Positions 18,299 to 27,862 of a stretch of 64,000 nucleotides of DNA are shown here, one piece after another. Location: the NCBI GenBank assembly GCA_029252195.1, contig JAQXBV010000090.1, positions 10,815-74,814 on the forward strand, written 5' to 3'. Made by a program: the position numbers and the translations under genes. The notes beneath the pieces are model-generated. The model did no database searches, had not been told where the DNA came from, and was given only the letters and a program-made list of their open reading frames with translations. Position 1 is the stretch's first letter. The number at the start of each line of letters is the position of its first letter. Origin of the DNA: Yoonia sp. (GTDB taxonomy: Bacteria; Pseudomonadota; Alphaproteobacteria; Rhodobacterales; Rhodobacteraceae).

Positions 18299-19504
18299 TT
18301 AACCAACGATATTCTGTGCAGGGCCATAAGGATACTTGGTAATATCCTCGTTTCCGTCTTCGGTGATGAACAAAATATCATGCTCACGGTAGCCACCCGC
18401 GCCAGGTGTGCCTTCGGGAATCGTTAGCATCGGCTCCATCGAGATCACCATGCCGGGTTCCAGCACCGTGTCGATATCCTCGCGCAGCTCAAGCCCCGCC
18501 TCACGCCCGTAGTAATGCGACAGCACACCAAACGAGTGGCCATAGCCGAAGGTGCGATATTGCAGCAACTGGCGCTCTTCAAAGAAGTCGTTGATTTTGG
18601 CGGTAATCTCCGAACACTTCGCACCGGGCACCAAAAGGCTCATGCCATATTCATGGGCCGCGACGTTAGCCTCCCAAATCTTCAGGGATGCAGGATCAAC
18701 CTCCTCGACAAACATCGTGCGCTCCAGCGCGGTATAATAGCCGCTGATCATCGGGAAGGTATTGAGCGACAGAATATCGCCCCGCTCCAGCACGCGCCCC
18801 GTTACAGGGTTATGCGCGCCGTCTGTGTTGATCCCCGACTGGAACCAGACCCATGTGTCGCGATATTCGGCATCGGGAAAGCGCTTGGCGATCTCCAGTT
18901 CCATCGCATCACGGCCCGCCATCGCGACATCAATCTCGCGCACACCCGCACGCGCGGCCTCGTGAATGGCATAGCCGCCCACATCAGCCACGCCCGCACC
19001 GTGACGGATCAAATCCAGCTCGGCTTGGCTTTTCTTCATGCGCTGCACCATGGTTGCAGGCGCGATATCAACCGTCTGCTTGGGCGCCAGAAACGCTTCC
19101 AGCTTCTGGCTTTGCAGCAGCGTCAGGTGATCGCCTTCCAGACCGATCACGGCACCGGAACCCGTTACGGACAGAATTGCGCGCCAGTAATTGTCACGCT
19201 CCCAGTCGGTATAAGTGATGTTATCACCGTGGCAGCGCCGCCAAGGCTGGGCCGCATCAATGCCCGCCGAAATCGTGACACTCTGCGTGGGCGTCACAAC
19301 CAGCCCGTAAGGCCGCCCGAAAGAGCAATAAAGGAAACCCGAATAATAGGCGATGTTATGCATCGAGGTGAAGACCGCGGCTTCAACACCCTTATCGGCC
19401 ATGATCTGGCGCAGGCCCTTCAGACGGGCCTCATATTCGGAAGGGGCAAACGGCAGCACCTCGGCGCCCTGATGAAAACGGTAAAACTGTGGACGGGTAG
19501 TCAT
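18299..19504 (-). CDS. Creatinase (M24 family)
   Basis: SMHNIAYYSGFLYCSFGRPY, WFQSGINTDGAHNP, FGYGHSFGVLSHYYGREAGLELRED and YREHDIL, all creatine amidinohydrolase signatures. Confidence 0.93.
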   Translation of the reverse strand: MTTRPQFYRFHQGAEVLPFAPSEYEARLKGLRQIMADKGVEAAVFTSMHNIAYYSGFLYCSFGRPYGLVVTPTQSVTISAGIDAAQPWRRCHGDNITYTDWERDNYWRAILSVTGSGAVIGLEGDHLTLLQSQKLEAFLAPKQTVDIAPATMVQRMKKSQAELDLIRHGAGVADVGGYAIHEAARAGVREIDVAMAGRDAMELEIAKRFPDAEYRDTWVWFQSGINTDGAHNPVTGRVLERGDILSLNTFPMISGYYTALERTMFVEEVDPASLKIWEANVAAHEYGMSLLVPGAKCSEITAKINDFFEERQLLQYRTFGYGHSFGVLSHYYGREAGLELREDIDTVLEPGMVISMEPMLTIPEGTPGAGGYREHDILFITEDGNEDITKYPYGPAQNIVG

Positions 19505-19631
19505 AGCATAGACCTCACATTTTTGGGGCCAATATGCAGACCCCGAAAGGTCCCGGCGTTCAGGACGAAGGCATCACAGCCAAGCGGCAGTTTCCCACCT
19601 GCGACGACGCCATCGTCGCTTGCTCGGCCCC
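19505..19631 (-). ncRNA. Candidate structured cis-regulatory leader (riboswitch-like) of creatinase
   Basis: P1 GCCGAGC/GCTTGGC encloses P2 GCGACGAT/GTCGTCGC and P3 GGTGG-GAAA-CTGCC; downstream hairpin GGACCT-TTCG-GGGTCT; TTGACG...TAACGC promoter-like motif immediately upstream. Confidence 0.55.
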
Positions 19632-19755
19632 AGCGTTAGCAGGTTTTGCAGATGCGTCAATCCAGTCCATGACGTACCCAAGCGAAGTGCCTGCTTGTGC
19701 AGCACTCCCATAAGAGCGAAACTAGGCCAAAGCCGCGCTGTCCCAGAAAGCCGCC

Positions 19756-20166
19756 ATGTCCATCTTGTCCCGCCTTTTGGCCGTCTTCAGGCCCGTCCAA
19801 CTGCCCGAAGTGCCGCAGGCATTGCCCCATGGCAAACAACGTATCCACCTGTTTTCCGGCAACTTCGATGATGTCGACGCGGCGATGGCCTATTGCTTTC
19901 ACGCGCCGGGTGATGTGCCCGAACAACTCACGCTCGACCAACCAGGTGCCTTCATTGATACAAGCTATGTCGAGGTTGATTTTGGCACCGCTGAAAAGCG
20001 GCTGGCCGAGTTCCTCAGTGCAGAGCAAGCGGATCATGCCTTTCACAAAATGCGTGGCGCGAATACGCTGATTATCATTGCTGAACAGGCGTTTGGCGGC
20101 TTCCCCTATGTGCTGACGCACACGCCAAATCTGTTCTACCTCGGCCCCTATATCGTCGACGTGTGA
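19756..20166 (+). CDS. Hypothetical protein
   Basis: 136-aa ORF whose stop overlaps the next start (TGATG); no family recognised. Confidence 0.7.
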   Translation: MSILSRLLAVFRPVQLPEVPQALPHGKQRIHLFSGNFDDVDAAMAYCFHAPGDVPEQLTLDQPGAFIDTSYVEVDFGTAEKRLAEFLSAEQADHAFHKMRGANTLIIIAEQAFGGFPYVLTHTPNLFYLGPYIVDV

Positions 20167-21128
20167 TGCAGAACCTGATCACCGATATCGCAGGCTTTCA
20201 GGTCGGCAACGCCCATGACGAGACCCTGAAATCAGGGGTCACGGTGCTCACCGCCGATAGCCCCTTTACCTGCGGCGTGCATGTGATGGGCGGAGCGCCT
20301 GGCACCCGCGAGACGGATCTTCTCGCGCCTGACAAGACCGTGCAGACGGTTGATGCCATCGTGCTTTCGGGCGGCAGCGCCTTCGGCTTGGATGCGGCCT
20401 CGGGCGTCGCAGATGCGCTGCGTAACGACGGTCGTGGCTTTCCTGTAGGCGACGTGACCGTCCCGATCGTGCCTGCCGCCATTCTGTTCGACCTGCTGAA
20501 CGGGGGCGATAAGAACTGGTCTACAAACCCTTATAACGCCTTGGGGAGGCGTGCCTATGCCGACCGCGGTGAGACGACCTTCAAAACCGGCACCTCTGGC
20601 GCAGGCTTTGGTGCAACAACAGCTAATCTCAAAGGCGGGCTCGGCTCTGCCTCGATGATGCTGCCAAATGGTGTGATCGTCGGTGCCCTTGTGGCTGTCA
20701 ACGCCCTTGGCTCTGCCACCGTCGGCGACGGTCCGCATTTCTGGGCCGCGCCATTTGAAGAAAACGGCGAGTTCGGCAACCTCGGCCCATCGCCCACCTA
20801 CCCCAAGGGACGGCCCGACACCAAAGGTCACGCTCAAAACACCACCATCGGCATCGTCGCCACCAACGCGAAATTGACCCAAGCGCAATGCACGCGCCTC
20901 GCCACCGCCGCCCATGACGGGATCGCGCGAGCCTTGGTGCCAAGCCATACGCCAATGGACGGTGATTTGATATTTGCGGCCAGTCACGGCGATAAAGACT
21001 GTGATGATCTGATCTATCTCGGCCATGCCGCCGCCACCTGCATGGCCCGCGCCATCGCACGCGGCATCTTTGAGGCGCGCTCAAACCCCTTTGAGACCCC
21101 TGCCTGCTACGCCCGCACCTTTAGCTGA
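20166..21128 (+). CDS. P1/S58-family peptidase (DmpA-like)
   Basis: NLITDIAGFQVGNA, GGAPGTRETDLL, LSGGSAFGL, QNTTIG autoprocessing site and DGDLIF. Confidence 0.9.
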   Translation: MQNLITDIAGFQVGNAHDETLKSGVTVLTADSPFTCGVHVMGGAPGTRETDLLAPDKTVQTVDAIVLSGGSAFGLDAASGVADALRNDGRGFPVGDVTVPIVPAAILFDLLNGGDKNWSTNPYNALGRRAYADRGETTFKTGTSGAGFGATTANLKGGLGSASMMLPNGVIVGALVAVNALGSATVGDGPHFWAAPFEENGEFGNLGPSPTYPKGRPDTKGHAQNTTIGIVATNAKLTQAQCTRLATAAHDGIARALVPSHTPMDGDLIFAASHGDKDCDDLIYLGHAAATCMARAIARGIFEARSNPFETPACYARTFS

Positions 21129-21861
21129 GCAGCGCCTTGACCAGCGGGCTGTCAGGGTCGCCAAGCGGTTCAATCACGCTGAAATGATGCGCGCCCTCGG
21201 ACACGACCAAATCAACGCCCCAGGCTTCGGCCAACTGCTTGGCTTGCTCCTGGAAAACAGGGCGTTCATCACCCCCAACCCAAACGGTCACGGGCACGTT
21301 TGGCGGTGGCAGGTTTACAGGACTTTCGGCAAAGGCCTCCGCTTCGGTAAGGCGCAAATCGGCGTTCATCTTGGTCTGCAAAAGCGGAGTCAAATCCGCC
21401 ACGGGCGAGATCGGCAGAACGCGCGCCACATGGGGCATCCCTGCCAAGCGCGCCACCAAATGCCCACCCGCGGAATGCCCCGCCAAGCGTAGCGGGCCTT
21501 GCAAACCTTGCAGTGCGGCCTCAATTTGCTGCGTAATTTCAGTGACATGCACATCTGGGCACAAATCATAAGACGGTATGGCCACCGACCACCCATGCGC
21601 TAAAGCACCCGCCGCGAGATGCGACCAATAGGATTTATCAAAAGCCACCCAATAGCCGCCATGCACAAAAACCACCGTGCCTTTGGGCGTGCCTTCGGGG
21701 TGGAACACATCCATTACCTGCCGCGCCGACGGACCATAGCGCACATACAGATCAGCCTTGGCCGTGGCCCGAAATACCGCCGCCAAATCCGCCCATTTCT
21801 CTGGATAGGCCTTGCCGTTCGGAATATAAGCCGCATTGGCAAAACGATCATCCATATCCAT
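21121..21861 (-). CDS. Alpha/beta hydrolase (arylformamidase/esterase-like)
   Basis: HGGYW oxyanion motif, GHSAGG nucleophile elbow, HHF C-terminal His. Confidence 0.88.
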   Translation of the reverse strand: MDMDDRFANAAYIPNGKAYPEKWADLAAVFRATAKADLYVRYGPSARQVMDVFHPEGTPKGTVVFVHGGYWVAFDKSYWSHLAAGALAHGWSVAIPSYDLCPDVHVTEITQQIEAALQGLQGPLRLAGHSAGGHLVARLAGMPHVARVLPISPVADLTPLLQTKMNADLRLTEAEAFAESPVNLPPPNVPVTVWVGGDERPVFQEQAKQLAEAWGVDLVVSEGAHHFSVIEPLGDPDSPLVKALLS

Positions 21862-21952
21862 TCTTTGGTCTTCCATGATTCCAGTCGGGTGTTTGGGCTT
21901 TACCTACGCTACCTTGCAGGGTCAGATAGCGCCAACTGAATTGGAGGCCATT

Positions 21953-23431
21953 ATGCTAGACGAAACAACGAATCTGAAATCAATGCTCAACCGCCCTGAC
22001 CTGCTCTGCACGCAGGCCTTTGTCGGCGGCGAGTGGGTCGATGCGAAAAGCGGCAAGACCTTTGACGTCACAAACCCTGCACGCGGTGACGTGATCGCCA
22101 CGGTGGCCGATCTGGACCGCTCTGAAATCACACAAGCCATTGATGCAGCGCATAAAACGCAAAAAGCATGGGCTGCACTTCCTGCCAAAGCCCGCGCCAA
22201 TGTGCTGCGCAAATGGTTTGATTTGCTCATGGCAAACCAAGAAGACCTCGCGATCATCATGACCGCCGAGCAAGGCAAGCCGCTAGTTGAGAGCCGCGGC
22301 GAGGTCGCTTATGGCGCGTCCTTCGTCGAGTGGTTTGGCGAAGAAGCCAAGCGTAACTACGGCGAAACGATTCCCGGTCACATGGCCGACAAGCGCATCA
22401 CCGTCATTCGCCAGCCGATTGGCGTCGCCGCCGCGATTACGCCCTGGAACTTCCCCAACGCGATGATCGCCCGCAAAGTCGCCCCCGCACTGGCCGCTGG
22501 CTGTTCCTTCGTCGTGCGCCCTGCATCGCTCACGCCCCTTTCCGCACTCGCCATGGCGAAGCTCGCAGAAGAGGCTGGCGTGCCAAAGGGCGTGCTTTCC
22601 GTCGTGACCTCGACCAAGTCGTCTGACGTGGGCAAAGAGTTCTGCGAGAACCCGATTGTGCGCAAATTGTCGTTCACGGGCTCCACCGAAGTCGGCCGTA
22701 TCTTGCTCCGCCAAGCCGCCGATCAGGTCATGAAATGCTCAATGGAGCTGGGCGGCAACGCGCCCTTCATCGTATTTGATGACGCGGACCTAGATGAGGC
22801 GGTCATCGGCGCCATCGCGTGCAAATTCCGCAACAACGGCCAGACCTGTGTTTGCGCGAACCGCATCTATGTGCAGGCAGGCGTTTACGATGAATTCGCA
22901 GCAAAGCTGAAAGTCGCGGTCGAAAACCTCAAGGTCGGCGACGGCCTTTCTGACGGCATCACCACAGGACCATTGGTCGAGCAGGCAGCGGTCGCAAAAG
23001 TGCAAGAACACCTCGACGATGCGCTGTCCAAGGGCGGCACGATCCTCACAGGCGGCAAACCGCACGCGCTCGGTGGGTTGTTCTACGAGCCGACAATCGT
23101 GACCAATGCGACCAAGGACATGATGGTCAGCATCGACGAGACCTTCGGCCCCTTCGCGCCACTGTTCAAATTCGAAGATGAAGACGATGTGATCGCGCTT
23201 GCCAACGACACGATCTTTGGCCTCGCCTCTTATTTCTACGCCAAAGACCTGTCGCGTGTGACCAAGGTTACAGAGGCGCTGGAATACGGCATCGTCGGTG
23301 TAAACACAGGGATCATCTCGACCGAAGTCGCCCCTTTCGGCGGTGTCAAACAGTCGGGCTTAGGGCGCGAAGGCAGCCGTCATGGCATGGATGACTACAT
23401 GGAAATGAAGTATATCTGCACGTCAGTCTAA
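21953..23431 (+). CDS. gabD: NAD(P)-dependent succinate-semialdehyde dehydrogenase
   Basis: ITPWNFPNAMI, FTGSTEVG, MELGGNAPF, RNNGQTCVCAN, ETFGP and PFGGVKQSGLGREGS; GGAGG RBS before ATG 21953. Confidence 0.93.
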   Translation: MLDETTNLKSMLNRPDLLCTQAFVGGEWVDAKSGKTFDVTNPARGDVIATVADLDRSEITQAIDAAHKTQKAWAALPAKARANVLRKWFDLLMANQEDLAIIMTAEQGKPLVESRGEVAYGASFVEWFGEEAKRNYGETIPGHMADKRITVIRQPIGVAAAITPWNFPNAMIARKVAPALAAGCSFVVRPASLTPLSALAMAKLAEEAGVPKGVLSVVTSTKSSDVGKEFCENPIVRKLSFTGSTEVGRILLRQAADQVMKCSMELGGNAPFIVFDDADLDEAVIGAIACKFRNNGQTCVCANRIYVQAGVYDEFAAKLKVAVENLKVGDGLSDGITTGPLVEQAAVAKVQEHLDDALSKGGTILTGGKPHALGGLFYEPTIVTNATKDMMVSIDETFGPFAPLFKFEDEDDVIALANDTIFGLASYFYAKDLSRVTKVTEALEYGIVGVNTGIISTEVAPFGGVKQSGLGREGSRHGMDDYMEMKYICTSV

Positions 23432-23437
23432 ATCGGT

Positions 23438-23461
23438 TGGGGCAGGTTTAACCCTGCCCCA
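23438..23461. terminator. Hairpin between convergent gabD and oxidoreductase genes (terminator or diverged REP)
   Basis: TGGGGCAGG-TTTAAC-CCTGCCCCA; shares the GGTTT(T)AACCC core with the REP family. Confidence 0.55.
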
Positions 23462-23469
23462 GCAACCCC

Positions 23470-24396
23470 TTAAGCGGTCATATCAATCACGATTTTACCA
23501 ACCGCATGGCCGCCGGCCAGATGGGCGTAGGCCTTGGCCGCATCGGCAAACGGAAACGTGCGGTCGATCACAGGCTTGAGCGCGCCGGCGGCGACCAGAT
23601 CAGCCAGTGCCGCAAGCTGCGCGCCATCGGGATGCATGAAGAACCAATCGAATGTCACGTCATGCTTGGCAGCCAAACCCTCGGTATCCTGCCCCTTGAT
23701 CGACACCAAATGCCCGCCCTTTTTCAAGACCTTGAAAGAGCGGTTCATGATATCGCCTCCGACCATATCGAACACGACATCATAGTCGGAAATGACCTCG
23801 TCAAAGGCCTGCGTCTTGTAATCAATCACAAGATCCGCGCCGAGTAATTTGACCAATTCCGCGTTCGGTGCACTGACGGTCGTCGCAACAGATGCGCCCA
23901 AATGCTTCGCCATCTGAATAGCCAAAGTACCCACGCCGCCAGAGCCCGCGTGGATTAGGACTTTCTGGCCCTTTTTCAGATGCGCGAACTCCACGAACGC
24001 TTGCCAAGCGGTCAGACCCGCGAGAGGCATTGATGCGGCCTCGGCGTGGCTCAGGCTGGCAGGCTTCAACGCCAGTTCGACAGCTTTCACACGGGCAAAT
24101 TCCGCAACAGCCCCTTTGTCGCCTTGGTTCGCGCGGGCGTAAACTGCGTCGCCAATCTTGAACGTGGTCACGTCTTTGCCGACTTCGGTCACAACGCCGC
24201 TGACGTCATAGCCCATCACAAACGGGAAGCTGAGCGGCATCATGTCTTTCAAATACCCCGCCCGCAGAATGTTATCGATCGGGTTCACACTGGCGGCATG
24301 GACTTTGATGATGACGCTATCATCGGCTAAAACGGGTGCGGGAACATCGGCGATTTCAACGGCGCCTTCATAGGCGCGAATGATTGCAGCTTTCAT
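23470..24396 (-). CDS. NADP-dependent oxidoreductase (MDR/quinone reductase family)
   Basis: SVNPID, GYDVSG, HAGSGGVG and GKIVI motifs. Confidence 0.9.
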   Translation of the reverse strand: MKAAIIRAYEGAVEIADVPAPVLADDSVIIKVHAASVNPIDNILRAGYLKDMMPLSFPFVMGYDVSGVVTEVGKDVTTFKIGDAVYARANQGDKGAVAEFARVKAVELALKPASLSHAEAASMPLAGLTAWQAFVEFAHLKKGQKVLIHAGSGGVGTLAIQMAKHLGASVATTVSAPNAELVKLLGADLVIDYKTQAFDEVISDYDVVFDMVGGDIMNRSFKVLKKGGHLVSIKGQDTEGLAAKHDVTFDWFFMHPDGAQLAALADLVAAGALKPVIDRTFPFADAAKAYAHLAGGHAVGKIVIDMTA

Positions 24397-24562
24397 GGGG
24401 AGGGGTCAAATTTTATTTGTTATTTCAAACGGCTCATCGCCGTTGGGATGATCATGTAGGTAGGCCGCGACGCCTCGGGTTACGAGGGTGCCGAGAGGTT
24501 ATGTCAAAATAACCTAAGGTCATCACCAAGGATTGACGTCCGAGGCACGTCAATCCACCATA

Positions 24563-25105
24563 ATGCGTATGACAACACCCGATGAAGACTTGGCACTTGC
24601 AGCAGCCTCTGGCGATGGGGCGGCTTTTGCTTTGCTGCTTGATCGACACTACGACAGGCTGTTTGCGTTCTGCTTCAGGCTGACGGGTGTGCGGGCCGAG
24701 GCCGAGGATTTGACCCAAGATATCTGTGCCGCCTTACCCGCGAAACTGGCGAGCTATCAGCGCCGCGCAAAGGTCACGACATGGCTTTACCGCGTCGCCG
24801 TCAACGCAGCCCACGACCGCAGGCGTAGACGTGCCACTTAAGTGAAGGCAAGCGCCGGTTGGGGCGATTGGGAGATTGGCCGCTCTGAAACCGCCATCGA
24901 GAACGCGGCAAAAATGGATTGGCTCACGACCGCAATGCAACATCTGAACGACGATTTACGCGATACGCTGGCCATGGTGTTAGACGACATGACCCACGCG
25001 CAAGCAGCCGAAATCTTAGGTGTGTCGGAGGGCACGATTTCGTGGCGGATATCGGAGGCCAAAAAGCGCCTCAAAGAATTGAAAGAAAAGGAGGGTGTAG
25101 CATGA
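24563..25105 (+). pseudogene. ECF sigma factor with in-frame TAA at 24839-24841
   Basis: Region 2 (EAEDLTQD...TWLYRVAVN) and region 4 (EILGVSEGTISWRISEAKKRL) are in one frame, separated by RRRRAT*VKAS. Confidence 0.88.
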
Positions 25106-27105
25106 GCGACGACCTCGACGATATTAAGGCGATGATGACAAGCGCGACGCCAGCGCCCGATGCCACACGCCGCGCCGAAAATCTGGTCCTTGCGCGACAA
25201 AATTTCGACACCCTCCAAGGATCAACTGCCGGCACCCGTCCAACTTCTGTAATCGGGTAAAACGCCCTCTGGACAGGAGTGAAGACCATGCTGAATACAC
25301 TGACATCTCAGGGCGCATTGGGTGCCTCCACGGCGCTTGTAGCCTGCGGCTTCTTGTTTTTGACGCCGACGGGACAGGATTTATTGCGTAAGCCTACACC
25401 AGTTTTGGACATGGCGGAAATTGATGAATTAGGCCAGACGGAACGCGCAATTGCACAAGCGCCCGAGAACTCTACTACGCCCCTTCAAGCCGAAGAAATT
25501 GTAGCGAGCGACGCCGAAATTGCGCCACCAGCGTCACAACCAAAAAGCCGCGTCGTTGCGCCGCAAACCACAGCGCCTGCTATCTCTGACGCGCCAGCTC
25601 TAAGCTTGGGCAGTGCTGACACGGTTTCCACTTTGGCCGCACCAGCCCCGGAGCCAACTGTTCTCATGGAGATGGCCCCGGACGACAACATCTCACGTCT
25701 TAGGCTCAACGACACCGAAGAGTTCGCCAACCTTGCCGCGAACCCTGTGAAGGTCGTGACCGAAGAACCTGTCTCGACCTTCTCCATCGACGTCGATACG
25801 GCCAGTTATTCCCTTGTCCGCTCCAGCCTGCAAAACGGGTATATGCCGCCGCCAGATTCCGTGCGCGTTGAGGAAATGATCAATTATTTCCCTTACGATT
25901 ACGCGGGTCCTGAGGCAGGCGAGGCCCCCTTCCGCCCGACCGTCACCGTGATGGGCACGCCGTGGAATGCGGGCACAAAGCTGGTGCATATCGGGTTGCA
26001 AGGGCGGATGTCGGCCGTGGCTGATCGCCCTGCGCTGAACCTCGTGTTTCTAATTGACACCTCGGGGTCGATGTCCGATGCCAATAAGTTGCCGCTTCTC
26101 AAGCAATCCTTCCGGCTGATGCTCGACAACCTGCGCCCCGAAGATCAGGTCGCGATTGTCGAATATGCAGGCAGCGCAGGGCAGGTTCTGGCCCCTACTG
26201 CCGCGTCTGATCGCACGACAGTTCTGCAAGCGATCCAAGGGCTAGGTGCTGGCGGTTCGACGAACGGTCAGGGTGGTTTAGAACAGGCCTATGCCGTAGC
26301 TGCCAGTATGGCTGGGGACGGCAAAGTCAGCCGCGTGATCCTTGCCACGGATGGTGATTTCAACGTCGGGCTCAATAGCCCCGAGGCGCTTAAGACCTAT
26401 ATAGCGGAGAAGCGGGACAGCGGCACATATCTGAGTGTCTTGGGCTTTGGCCGTGGCAATCTTGATGACGCGACGATGCAGGCGCTCGCGCAAAACGGCG
26501 ACGGGATCGCCGCGTTTATCGACACGCTGTCCGAGGCACAAAAGGTGTTGGTGGACCAGTTGACAGGGGCGCTGTTCTCGATTGCGGGGGACGTGAAGGT
26601 GCAGGTCGAATTCAACCCAGCCGCCGTCGCCGAATACCGCCTGATCGGTTATGAAACACGTGCCCTGCGCCGCGAGGATTTCAACAATGACGCGGTGGAT
26701 GCAGGCGACCTAGGGGCTGGTCATTCGGTGACTGCGATTTACGAGGTCACACCTGTGGGCAGAGATGCGGTGTTGCACGATCCGCTGCGGTATCAAGCGG
26801 CAGAGGTGAACGGCGACGCAAGTGAATTGGGATTTCTCAAGCTGCGTTACAAAGAACCGGGTGAGGACGCGAGCAAGCTGTTGGACGTGCCGATTATAGA
26901 GGGCACAGAGACCAGCACCGAAGCGCAATTCGCAACGGCAATCGCGGGCTTTGGCCAGCTGTTGCGCGGGTCGGATTATTTGGACGATTGGGGCTATGGG
27001 CAAGCGATTGAACTGGCCGTGGCCAACCGCGGGGCAGACGACTTTGGCTACCGGACAGAGGCCGTGTTGCTGATGCGATTGGCCCATAGCCTTTCAGCGC
27101 GGTGA
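25102..27105 (+). pseudogene. YfbK-like vWA-domain membrane protein (anti-sigma-like N-terminus) with in-frame TAA at 25258-25260
   Basis: MSDDLDDIKAMM...TSVIG*NALWTGVKTML... is one frame; downstream STFSIDVDTASY, VRVEEMINYF, MIDAS DTSGSM and ATDGDFNVG; ATG overlaps the sigma stop. The C-terminal 608-aa part could still be translated from 25279/25288. Confidence 0.75.
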
Positions 27106-27125
27106 TGGGTTAAAACCCATCCTAC
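27104..27125 (-). repeat. GTAG-type REP, copy 2
   Basis: Exact 22-mer between convergent genes; overlaps both stop codons. Confidence 0.85.
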
Positions 27126-27862
27126 TTAATCCAGTCCAAAGACATCTCGGTGCGATCGGCGGGGGTATACTCCCCGCTGATCCAGCCCTTGTAGCCGTCC
27201 TTTTTCAACCGCGCGAATAAGGCATCGTAGTCAATCTCGCCCTGATCTGGCGCTGTGCGATCAGGGGTCTGGCCAACCTGCACATGCGCCACCACATCGC
27301 GCACCTTCGCCCAAGTGCCTAGCACATCGCCCGTGATTTTCTGCGCATGATAGGCGTCGAATTGCAGGCGCAGGTTCGGCGCACCCACCTCTTGGACAAT
27401 CGCTTTTCCCTCGTCAAAATCGCTCAGGAAATAGCCAGGCATATCATCGCAGTTGATCGGCTCGATTGTCAGGCTCTGGTGGGGGGCTTCGGCGGCCGCC
27501 CAGCGGAGATTTTCCACAAAACAAGCCCGCGCCGCAGCCCCCTCAGCCGCACCTGCCATAATATGCAAATGCTGCGCGCCCAGCGCCTTGGCATAGCGCG
27601 CCGCGCGTATGAAATCTTGCTGGAACCGCGCGCCGACCACAGCGGCAAAGCCCCGCTCGCCGCCCGTATAATTGGGCGGCGGACAATTGATCAGCGCCAG
27701 CGGCAACCCGTTGCGCCCCAGCATATCGAGCATATCAGGCACGGCCACATCATAGGGAAACAGCACCTCGACCGCATCAAAGCCTGCGGATTTCGCCGCG
27801 CCAAACCGCTCCAAAAATGGAAGTTCGGTAAACAACATCGTCAGGTTCGCGCAAGTCTTCAT
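27122..27862 (-). CDS. hyi: Hydroxypyruvate isomerase family protein
   Basis: ANLTMLFTELPFLERF, LTIEPIN, LQFDAYHAQ, HVQ and EY motifs. Confidence 0.88.
   Translation of the reverse strand: MKTCANLTMLFTELPFLERFGAAKSAGFDAVEVLFPYDVAVPDMLDMLGRNGLPLALINCPPPNYTGGERGFAAVVGARFQQDFIRAARYAKALGAQHLHIMAGAAEGAAARACFVENLRWAAAEAPHQSLTIEPINCDDMPGYFLSDFDEGKAIVQEVGAPNLRLQFDAYHAQKITGDVLGTWAKVRDVVAHVQVGQTPDRTAPDQGEIDYDALFARLKKDGYKGWISGEYTPADRTEMSLDWIK

Noticed and set aside
19586-19602. GCAGGTGGGAAACTGCC resembles part of the ZTP (pfl) riboswitch
   Set aside because: The other ZTP hallmarks (ACUGGCG, GGGGAGC, 3' GCCUGGGC pseudoknot) are absent; kept only as an unassigned structured leader.
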